Positions 1-7,721 of a DNA stretch of 64,000 nucleotides are shown in pieces. This DNA comes from Schmidtea polychroa (taxonomy: Eukaryota): the NCBI GenBank assembly GCA_044892525.1, contig CM097885.1, positions 236,656,001 through 236,720,000 of the forward strand. Direction: 5' to 3'. The first letter of the stretch is position 1. Every line of letters begins with the position of its first letter. Below the pieces are notes generated by a model. The model was not told the origin of the DNA. It saw nothing but the letters and a program-made list of their open reading frames with translations, and did no database searches. The translations under genes and the position numbers were made by a program.

Positions 1-1
1 T

Positions 2-544
2 TTTCAATCTAATGTGTACATTAACTCCTGGTAGCAAATATTTCGGTTGATCCATAAAATTGAGTTGTAATGATGAGCACATAGTGAATGATTTTGAGCC
101 TTTAACCCACTTTTTTCTTTCATCATCTGTTGCTGCATAACCCATAGGTGTAAGACAGGTATTTTTAGTATCAGAATTGTAATTTAAAATAGTTTCTATC
201 AAAGCCTTGTGAATGAATGTATTATTTCCGCCCTCAATCTTAATATTATTAAATCCCAAGACTGCATCTTTAAACAGAGTATGAAACATGAAATTGTTCG
301 GTATTACATCTGCATTGGCATCCAAAACTTTTCTATCTTTATCTACAACCTTGATCTGAACAGTCAATAAAGTATCATTCAAATCTAAATATTCAGTTTG
401 CGAACCATTAATATGAAACTCGATATCATTTCTACTATCAGTAATTGAATTCATAGGAAAAACTTCCTCAAAGGCCCCAAATTCGATTACCGCTTGAGGC
501 GATGGTCTATCAAATATACATAATTCAGATTTACCACAAATCAT
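2..544 (-). CDS. Polinton major capsid protein (PY/hexon-like), N-terminal part, truncated by the window edge
   Basis: Not in the ORF track. The ATG at 544 overlaps the upstream TGA (ATGA). Translates MICGKSELCIFDRPSPQAVIEFGAFEEVFP...IEFHINGSQTEYLDLNDTLL...QPKYLLPGVNVHIRLK, matching the Polinton MCP motifs KSELxxF, EYLDL and KYLLxGV. Confidence 0.88.
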   Translation of the reverse strand, partial: MICGKSELCIFDRPSPQAVIEFGAFEEVFPMNSITDSRNDIEFHINGSQTEYLDLNDTLLTVQIKVVDKDRKVLDANADVIPNNFMFHTLFKDAVLGFNNIKIEGGNNTFIHKALIETILNYNSDTKNTCLTPMGYAATDDERKKWVKGSKSFTMCSSLQLNFMDQPKYLLPGVNVHIRLK

Positions 545-903
545 TTTGCAAATATAGTTCCATGTCCTTTCATTCGTTTGTTTATACGCGATATTCCATG
601 TCCTTTACGTTTTGGAGCTGGAGCTGGGGGCGTATCTTTTTGAAACATACCAGCAACTCCAGGTAGAACCTTCCCTAACTCAGCTAAAGCATTTGTTTTT
701 AGGGATGGTAATATTTTCTGTTCATTCATAATAACATCTTTTGCAGTTTTCATACCAAAACTACCGATACGTTTAAGAATAGGAAGTGCAAATCTCCCTA
801 TTGTTTTTAACCAACCTGATCCGTACTGTTTACCAATAAAATATGGTAATTCACCGCCAGATTGGCTATCACTATACATACTAATAATATCGGAATTAGC
901 CAT
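541..903 (-). CDS. Small Polinton virion protein with protease-site-like motifs and an amphipathic helix (membrane-lytic/protein VI-like)
   Basis: QSGG and QYGSG motifs are followed by amphipathic WLKTIGRFALPILKRIG and a basic tail with KGHG twice. It lies between the minor and major capsid genes. Confidence 0.7.
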   Translation of the reverse strand: MANSDIISMYSDSQSGGELPYFIGKQYGSGWLKTIGRFALPILKRIGSFGMKTAKDVIMNEQKILPSLKTNALAELGKVLPGVAGMFQKDTPPAPAPKRKGHGISRINKRMKGHGTIFAK

Positions 904-1963
904 CTACTTTACGAAAATGTAGTGTCAAATGAGTTTTTGAGTCTTTTGGGAAGTTTATAAGTTTTCCACTATCGTCACGAATATTTATTTCTATATTGTT
1001 TATACATGAGCTTGCTATTGGTAAATACATGGGATTATCGATATTTATATTGACAACTTCATCATGTTCATATTTTCCAATCCATACCGATTTCAAAAGA
1101 GGAACACTGGAATCACCAACAATTATAGGCTCAATAATATTAGTATATATGAACATTTGTTGATGATGTTCAAGTATTCTTGGTTTACGTATACCAGCCG
1201 ATTTTTCCCGATATTGCTGCTTCTCTAATCCAAGTGTATTTGTCAAATTTTTATCAAATGTAACTTCGCAAATATCATCATTCAAACTGAAGGTAAACAT
1301 CAAATCTTTCACAATGTCCAAACTTTTAAATATGTGTGAACAATTGTACTTTAAATATTTAAGTAACACATCAAGTTTATCAATATATAATTCGTCAGCA
1401 AAGGTGAATGATTCTTCAACTTCATTATTATACGACACTGATATTTTGATTTCTTCTCTCATTACACTGTTTGCTTCAAATAGATTAAAGCGTAATAAAT
1501 ATTCTGTTTCCATAACTTCATTTTTCAACTTATTGCAACCCAATCGTTTGGCATCTTCAATATATTCGAATGTTATTGTAAATGGTTTAAAATCACAACT
1601 GATATTTAATCCATCCTTGTAAAACATAGAGCAGTGCTGATCTAATAGTTGATTTGGAATATGATATGTTTTATCATAATTACTGATAATAAAGATACCG
1701 CTACATGTTTTCATAGCATTCCTTTTGAAATCAATCTTACATTGACTATAAAATGGGAATGTATTGTACACGAATGTAAAATCTTGCAGTGCAACTTCCC
1801 AGTCCCCATTTAAAGAAATCGGATTCTGGAGATTGACCATGAATTTACTGGCTTGATTATCTGGATGAATAAGCGGGCAAATATTGCTTGGTAAAATAGT
1901 ATAAAGATTCACTTTACTAGATCCTTTTCTGATATCCATGATGGGTTTTGATAACCATGCCAT
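896..1963 (-). CDS. Polinton minor capsid protein (PX/penton-like)
   Basis: N-terminal LPSN...PDNQASKF...LQNPISLNGDWEVAL and C-terminal FIYTNIIEPIIVGDSSVPLL...PMYLP...IEINIRDDSGKLINF...LTLHFRK. The homologous start is probably at 1912 (GTGA overlapping the integrase stop). Confidence 0.88.
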   Translation of the reverse strand: MAWLSKPIMDIRKGSSKVNLYTILPSNICPLIHPDNQASKFMVNLQNPISLNGDWEVALQDFTFVYNTFPFYSQCKIDFKRNAMKTCSGIFIISNYDKTYHIPNQLLDQHCSMFYKDGLNISCDFKPFTITFEYIEDAKRLGCNKLKNEVMETEYLLRFNLFEANSVMREEIKISVSYNNEVEESFTFADELYIDKLDVLLKYLKYNCSHIFKSLDIVKDLMFTFSLNDDICEVTFDKNLTNTLGLEKQQYREKSAGIRKPRILEHHQQMFIYTNIIEPIIVGDSSVPLLKSVWIGKYEHDEVVNINIDNPMYLPIASSCINNIEINIRDDSGKLINFPKDSKTHLTLHFRKVDG

Positions 1964-2538
1964 TTGACATAGAATTGTTTATCCTTGCCGACCTTTTTAG
2001 TTTTCAATATCTTTTGAATTCTAAATACTTTTGGGGGAGGAATAACTTGTAATTCTTGCTCATAAAACTTTCCTTGTACAATATTGTTATCATAATCACT
2101 GATGACATACATTACAGGATTCTGACTAGTATTTATTTTTGAAATTACAAAGACTTCATCACTCCAATTTGTATCGAAATTTTTAATAAATGGTGATGCA
2201 CTAATTTTACTAATTCTAACATGGTCACCGACTTTATATTTAGGTTTTGCAATTTTTACAGATTTCTTAGAATAGATTGTTTTTGATGTAATATCAACCG
2301 GTCTCAATCCATTCAGTCCTCGATGTGATGAATGATTATAACTTGTTATTATTTTCGGTAAAGCATTTACCCATTTTTTATTACCTTGATGCACGAACAA
2401 TTTCTTTAATCTATCTCTCAATGTTCGATTAAATCTTTCAACATGGGCAGCTTTGTATTGAGAATGTACCGAGTAGTGATTTATTTTCAGTTTATCGAGG
2501 ATTTGCTTGACTTTACTGTTGTAGAATTCTTTACCTAA

Positions 2539-2600
<62 letters not shown>

Positions 2601-2988
2601 CTAAATCTGTTTGCAAGTTATTAGGATGTCCATCTTTAAATAAATCATTAACAGCTTTAGACATTTCATCTGCAGATTTTGCCTTGACGGGTATTGCTCG
2701 GGCAAACCGACTGAATACATCAATACATGTTAAAATATATTTATACCCATTGTTAATTTTCGAATAAGGTATCATCTCCATCAAATCCATTTGCCATAAA
2801 TCATTTATTCCATATGTTTTATATACTCTTGTTGGGAATCGTTTCTGCATTGGTTTGTTCAAACTGTACGCAAGCTGGTCTGATAACCACTTTTGGGTTT
2901 CCTTTTTCGAATTCGGAACTCTTTTGTTTAATTTTGCCACTCCACCGAAACCGGCTTCGTCTTCTGGGTTCGTCCAAATCTTCTCCAT
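1909..2988 (-). CDS. Polinton integrase (rve DDE) with C-terminal chromodomain; two exons 2988-2601 and 2534-1909
   Basis: WQMDL, LQTDLG|KEFYN and HVERFNRTL catalytic motifs; chromodomain FRIQKILK...FYVKWHGY...SWI. Likely start is MEKIWTNP at 2988. Confidence 0.92.
2535..2600 (-). other. 66-bp GT-AG intron made of an (ATT)n microsatellite within the integrase
   Basis: Minus strand reads TTAG|GT(ATT)n...TTTAG|GTAAAGAA. Removing it restores LQTDLGKEFYN and eliminates the poly-Ile run. Confidence 0.75.
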
Positions 2989-3046
2989 TACAACAAGAAG
3001 ATTTAATATTAAATTTAATGTCTGGTAATGAAGGATTAGCACCCAT
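2819..3046 (-). CDS. Small putatively myristoylated protein overprinting the integrase 5' end
   Basis: The ATG lies 3 nt after the upstream gene's stop (TAA ACA ATG G). MGANPS fits the MGxxxS N-myristoylation motif; SSCC and RRRSRFRW follow. Confidence 0.5.
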   Translation of the reverse strand: MGANPSLPDIKFNIKSSCCNGEDLDEPRRRSRFRWSGKIKQKSSEFEKGNPKVVIRPACVQFEQTNAETIPNKSI

Positions 3047-3049
3047 TGT

Positions 3050-3544
3050 TTATGATCGACTTCCTATTATTCCACCTAATAATGATATTGCTAAAGGTAT
3101 CAATGCACCGATAAATCCCCCTTGTTGTTTATATATAATTTTTCTCATTTGTTGACGATTTTTATTATTTACTAATGATAGCAAAGGTTTCCTATGTTTA
3201 CTCAATAATTGCTTTTTAGATTTACTGATTTTAATCTTACCTTTGACTACTTTAAGTATAATATCGAGTAAATCATCGACAACATAATTTGGAAAAGATT
3301 GCAAAATACTGTTTCTTTTCATACTGGGTGCTTTTAACAATGTATTGAAAAACGGGAAACTCCGATGATTTTTAACAACTTTTACTTTCTTAGTGGTTTT
3401 ACTTTTAGTTTTAGGTTTAGGATTTTTCGAAATGAGATTCATTGCAGGAAAATTTTCTGTAATAAGTTCTTTAGATGGAGTATAACTAGTTGTTGGTGGA
3501 ACTTTTGGTTGTTTTTTACTCGATATCCTTGTTTTTGAAAACAT
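3050..3544 (-). CDS. Basic Polinton core/virion protein (PW-like) ending in QQGG-FIGALIPLAISLLGG
   Basis: Lys-rich; has the DDLLDIILKVVKGKIKI...LLSKHRKPLLSL...QQGGF pattern of small Polinton proteins, with a protease-site-like QxGG/F and a hydrophobic tail. Confidence 0.7.
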   Translation of the reverse strand: MFSKTRISSKKQPKVPPTTSYTPSKELITENFPAMNLISKNPKPKTKSKTTKKVKVVKNHRSFPFFNTLLKAPSMKRNSILQSFPNYVVDDLLDIILKVVKGKIKISKSKKQLLSKHRKPLLSLVNNKNRQQMRKIIYKQQGGFIGALIPLAISLLGGIIGSRS

Positions 3545-3557
3545 GATTTATGTGTTT

Positions 3558-4196
3558 TCAAATTTGTTTTAAACTTTGTTTATATACCATGGCACCTTTT
3601 GGGTTGAAAATATCTGTTTTTACCCGTATATCATCAGGACATTGTTGTGTGAAATCGAGAAATATATACCCATGAGGTATTTTCGTAGCATCTTGAAATG
3701 CACTGATAAGAAAATTACGGTTATTAGGGTATGCTTGTCGTCCAAGAAAATCGATGACAGTTGCATCTCTATGATTCTTGAAAATAACTAGATATTGTAC
3801 ATTTAAATTACGTGTTCGATGTGCACCACCTTGATGAAATAGATTTTGTTTTATGAAAATAACTGTTACACCAACATGTCTGCTGATTTTTGTGAATAAA
3901 TTATTAAAATCCTTTTCTTTATTGGCTTCTTGATACAAATCATCGATAATGATGACATCATCTTTTTTCAAACGACTTGACCAGTTTTTATCAAAACCCT
4001 TTACTATTTTCATGTTTTTCAATTGACAGAAACTTGATTGAGTCAATCCATGTTCTTCATCGGCGCCCCTATGCCAATAAATATTGTTGAATTTTGTTTT
4101 GAACAAATTAGATTTAAGTAATTTACAAACAAATAATGTATTTCCACTACCACTCGGACCAACGATTTGGTATACTGCATCATTTCGTAATTCCAT
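3558..4196 (-). CDS. A32/FtsK-like genome-packaging ATPase, Walker A Lys replaced by Asn
   Basis: IVGPSGSGNT (Walker A), IIIDD (Walker B), LFTKISRH, QNLF and YLVIFKN motifs. Confidence 0.9.
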   Translation of the reverse strand: MELRNDAVYQIVGPSGSGNTLFVCKLLKSNLFKTKFNNIYWHRGADEEHGLTQSSFCQLKNMKIVKGFDKNWSSRLKKDDVIIIDDLYQEANKEKDFNNLFTKISRHVGVTVIFIKQNLFHQGGAHRTRNLNVQYLVIFKNHRDATVIDFLGRQAYPNNRNFLISAFQDATKIPHGYIFLDFTQQCPDDIRVKTDIFNPKGAMVYKQSLKQI

Positions 4197-4305
4197 TTTT
4201 TTTAAATTTAAACTATATAATTATTGTTTATATTGATAATTTAAATGAACTCCTTTTTAAAATAACTATATATATAACAGAGTTTTTTATAATTATTTCA
4301 TTAAA

Positions 4306-4770
4306 ATGCTTTCAAATATAAATTACAGGGCAAAAGCTGATGTATCAAAAATGGTATTTCCAATGGGGAAACCACAACAACTTATCAATAGAAGTAAAAA
4401 ATATCCAATAATATATTTCAAAACTGGTAAATGTAGAATTATGGGGTGTAAGGAAATAATCAAAGCTAGTGAATATAATGTTTATGATTTAGAAATACAA
4501 TCGATAACCGTAACTTCCGATATAGGTTTTTCTTGTAATTTAAATAATTTGGCTAAATTAATACCATGCTTTTACGAACCAGAATTATTTCCAGCTTTGA
4601 GATATATAAAATATAACCCTATGTGTGTAAATATATTCGCTAGCGGTAAGATAGTAATTCTTGGAATAAAAAATATTGATTACAAATGTATAGTTGATAA
4701 TATCATATCTGAAATTAAATCAATAATTGAAGAAAAAGAATTTTTAGATTTTTTATTATCACTTAATTAA
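4306..4770 (+). CDS. Divergent TATA-binding protein (TBP)-like protein encoded within the Polinton
   Basis: Two TBP half-repeats: LSNI...IIYFKTGKCRIMGCK and EIQSITVTSD...NLNNLAK...FYEPELFPALRY...VNIFASGKIVILGIK (compare canonical YEPELFPGLIY...LIFVSGKVVLTGAK). Confidence 0.85.
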   Translation: MLSNINYRAKADVSKMVFPMGKPQQLINRSKKYPIIYFKTGKCRIMGCKEIIKASEYNVYDLEIQSITVTSDIGFSCNLNNLAKLIPCFYEPELFPALRYIKYNPMCVNIFASGKIVILGIKNIDYKCIVDNIISEIKSIIEEKEFLDFLLSLN

Positions 4771-4891
4771 TTATTTATCATTGCAAATTCAATGCAATTA
4801 AAATGCATGATTCTGATTGGTCAAAATCTAATTGGCTGATGATTATTTATAACAAAATGTTTTCGGTTTAGTTGTCATTTATTCAACAAAA

Positions 4892-5301
4892 ATGTACAAC
4901 ATACAAAGTTCCGCAATCACCTCAATGAAAGAGCATGCAAATTATGGTAATTTCAAATTTTTATTATTACATTAATATATATATTTTTTACAGATGAATA
5001 TCAATCAATTATCCTGCAAAGATTATGCTTCTATTATCCAGAATTAAATGAAATTCTACAAGATAGAGATCCAGCTATCATTCCGGATTTGGTATACAAC
5101 CAAACTCGAATCTGGATATTCGATATAATAAACACCTTTCTATGGGATATCAAGATAGGAAGGGGGATGAAAGAAATGAAAGCAGATGCTCCTTGCATTT
5201 TCGGATGTAGCTGTTGCAATTTCCGTTATCAACAATATGTTGAATGGTGTTTGGTGAAGACTCTGAGAAATCATCACTCGAGTCAGATTGTATCAAAATA
5301 A
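4892..5301 (+). CDS. Two-exon hypothetical protein (120 aa), exons 4892-4946 and 4994-5301
   Basis: ATG at 4892; a 47-bp intron gtaatt...tttacag (4947-4993) joins in frame to give MYNIQSS...ANYDEYQSIILQRLCFYYPEL...CIFGCSCCNFRY. ATTGG boxes lie upstream. Confidence 0.7.
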
Positions 5302-5429
5302 ATTTTTTTTTTTTTTTTATGTTGAATTGTTTTGTTTTTGTAAATCGAAATAATAGAAATAATATAAGTAATAATAGTAATATTAGAAATAATAATAATA
5401 AAAAACAATATTTATAATAAAAACATTAA

Positions 5430-6077
5430 TGCAACATTAATGCAAATGACATGCAATTTAAACAAAGACATGCAATTTAAACAAAGACATACAGCAATCT
5501 GATTGGTTGATAAACAATAGTCATAGGTATAAAAACCCTGTACCATTTCATTTTAATCATTATTTACGATGACAAAGAAAATTTCAAGCACTGAAAAGCC
5601 AAAAGTTGTTCCAGAACTTGTACAACCTGTTCAAATGTTCCACAACTATAAAATGTATTTTTTAAAAGAAGAAATCAATATAAAATTAGTGTCACCGATC
5701 AAGCTAATTCCAACTAAATTTCAATTTTTATCCGGCACGCTTTCAATGTTAGATGTTAAATCTATTGATGAGGTTTTCAAACGGTTGAATACGAATCTAT
5801 CTTGTAATCAACATGCCTGGTTCAACAACAGATATGCAAGATTTTATGATTCATTTGATGAAATCGGTTTCAAAGAAAACGAAAATTGGTATATTACAAT
5901 TGCAATCCAAGGATATAAAGTTGATAATAATGATGTGTATTCTCCAATTTGGAAAATTATGTCTGCTAGACTTTCACAACTATTTTAATGTTATATTTAA
6001 TAAATGTATTAGTCATATTTGTTTTTTCTCTTTATTAATTGCAACATTAATGCAAATGACATGCAAATTTAACAAAG
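5430..6077 (+). promoter_or_regulatory. Duplicated 27-bp upstream element tgcaacattaatgcaaatgacatgcaa (5430-5456, 6040-6066), each followed by aacaaag
   Basis: An identical block precedes two accessory genes and contains the octamer ATGCAAAT. GATTGGTTGATA is also shared at 5501 and 7085. Confidence 0.55.
5569..5988 (+). CDS. Hypothetical 139-aa protein, possibly an OB-fold single-stranded DNA-binding protein
   Basis: Preceded by GATTGG (5501) and TATAAAA (~5528). The beta-rich C-terminus WYITIAIQGYK...YSPIWKIMSARL resembles viral OB-fold SSB ends; the function is weak inference. Confidence 0.55.
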   Translation: MTKKISSTEKPKVVPELVQPVQMFHNYKMYFLKEEINIKLVSPIKLIPTKFQFLSGTLSMLDVKSIDEVFKRLNTNLSCNQHAWFNNRYARFYDSFDEIGFKENENWYITIAIQGYKVDNNDVYSPIWKIMSARLSQLF

Positions 6078-6121
6078 AAAATCTATAAACAAACTTATAA
6101 TATAGTTTTAAAGTGTTATTA

Positions 6122-6456
6122 ATGACTACAGAAAAAGGTTAACGTGATTAATTAAATACCGAATTATTTATTATTTAGAATTATTAATCAACTTTTTGTT
6201 GGAAAAGTTAGCAGAAATAGCTGGTGTAAAAATTGAGGATATATTATCTATTACAAATGCCTTAAATATCGGCTGGGTAGCTGAGAGTCAAGATTCAGGA
6301 TTTGACAATCATGAAGAAACTCAAGAAATTGATGACGAAATCTATGAACCTATAGAGGAACCTAAAGATAATATTACGAATGATTGTATTGATCATGTCG
6401 TTGAAAATATAATGAAATGTGGAGATGACGATTGCGAATGTGTTAATAAATTTTAA
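6122..6456 (+). CDS. Two-exon acidic hypothetical protein, exons 6122-6137 and 6179-6456
   Basis: ATG ACT ACA GAA AAA G|gttaac...tttag|AA TTA: a 41-bp intron supplies the missing ATG in frame with the 6196 ORF (MTTEKELLINFLLEKLAE...). Confidence 0.65.
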
Positions 6457-6500
6457 AATTGAATTATTTTCATTTAAATATACTATTAAAAACAATAACA

Positions 6501-7029
6501 TTAATTTTTATTCATATATCTACAGAAAATATACATTATAACAACTCCAGGTGTAAGTTTTATATAGTTTTTCATTTTTCTTTTGATTTCATCAGTTTCT
6601 TTAAAATTGCAGGCCAGTTTATTTAATACACCCCATCCGCCATTGGCTTCTATCCATGGGGTAAACTTGAACTTGATTATCTAGAAATGAATATTATTAA
6701 AATATAGATTATAAAAGAAATCTTACTTCTAAAGACCAATGATAATAATGTTCTGAATCATGTTGACCTTTTGCAATGATTATCTTCATGTAGGTGAATC
6801 CTACAATTATCCTTGTCCATTTCATGTCTTCATCGAAAAGACACTGAAATATTCTATTGAAGTAATACTTCTTGGTTTCCAGGGATTCCATCTCCATCAT
6901 CTGCTGATAATCGATATGTTCACCTTCAATGATTTGTTCGGTTCGATTGATCAGGAAATTGAGGCTGTCGACTATATTCGCGGTGACAATTCCGTTTAGA
7001 ACATTTTCCATAAAATTTGGTTGCGACAT
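6501..7029 (-). CDS. Bcl-2 family protein (160 aa), exons 7029-6727 and 6680-6501
   Basis: BH1-like LFDEDMKWTRIIVGFTY. After a 46-bp phase-0 intron (gtaaga...ttctag, 6726-6681) come BH2 WIEANGGW and the hydrophobic tail YIKLTPGVVIMYIFCRY. CCAAT (~7088) and TATAAATA (~7060) lie upstream. Confidence 0.85.
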
Positions 7030-7241
7030 TTCTAAAATAATTTAAAATATAATGTTTTTATTTATACTAATACCATATGATTTTGATTGGTTGATAGACT
7101 ATAAATGTAAAAGAAAGGTTTTGATTTGATACACCATAAAAACTATATTGCTAATTATTATAACGAGTGTGTGCTAACACAATACCTTAATTTTATAATA
7201 TTCGACTATGTTTTTTGTTAACCATGATTTGTGATAGAAAT

Positions 7242-7289
<48 letters not shown>

Positions 7290-7361
7290 TATGTTTTATT
7301 ACATTGTTTATTAATACCCTTGCGAGTTGTTGAGCGTGACCAGTACCCTTGTGAGCAGTAC

Positions 7362-7518
7362 CCATAGGGGGACAGAATATTTTGTCGGATAGACTCGGAG
7401 TATATAGATTAATAATATATCAATGAGAACACTAACTTGTTGCGTGTGTGTAAATAATATTTTTATACATTGTGTGTGTGTGACCATAGGGGAACAGAAT
7501 ATTTTGTCGGATAGACTC
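7362..7518 (+). repeat. 35-bp direct repeat (7362-7396, 7484-7518), candidate Polinton terminal sequence present twice
   Basis: ccatagggg(g/a)acagaatattttgtcggatagactc occurs twice. Confidence 0.75.
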
Positions 7519-7721
7519 CTATCTTGATATCCCATAGAAAGGTGTTTATTATATCGAATATCCAGATTCGAGTTTGGTTGTATACCAAATCCGGAATGAT
7601 AGCTGGATCTCTATCTTGTAGAATTTCATTTAATTCTGGATAATAGAAGCATAATCTTTGCAGGATAATTGATTGATATTCATCTGTAAAAAATATATAT
7701 ATTAATGTAATAATAAAAATT
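7517..7721 (-). repeat. 205-bp inverted copy of 4956-5160 (part of the spliced Polinton accessory gene)
   Basis: Reverse-complement match including the 3' part of the intron and the exon 2 segment DEYQSII...WDIKIG. Confidence 0.9.

Larger units (their letters stand above)
1..7517. mobile_element. Polinton/Maverick (adintovirus-like) element, one end; continues beyond the left window edge
   Basis: Colinear major capsid, minor capsid, integrase with chromodomain and A32-type ATPase genes. Candidate terminus ...ggatagaCT at 7395 and 7517 (Polintons have AG...CT ends). pPolB and cysteine protease are not in the window. Confidence 0.93.

Noticed and set aside
1314..1622. Antisense/shadow ORFs over real genes (also 2814-3155, 6760-6999, 19769-20134, 30213-30632, 37251-37559)
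   Set aside because: No motifs; explained by the coding strand opposite.
2989..3042. N-terminal extension of the integrase from the non-ATG start in the ORF track
   Set aside because: The host is eukaryotic and homology begins at MEKIW (2988).
7032..7080. Possible extra upstream exon/intron of the Bcl-2 gene (ATG|gtatta...tttag)
   Set aside because: Splicing puts that ATG out of frame, and the segment contains the TATAAATA box, so it is better read as promoter.
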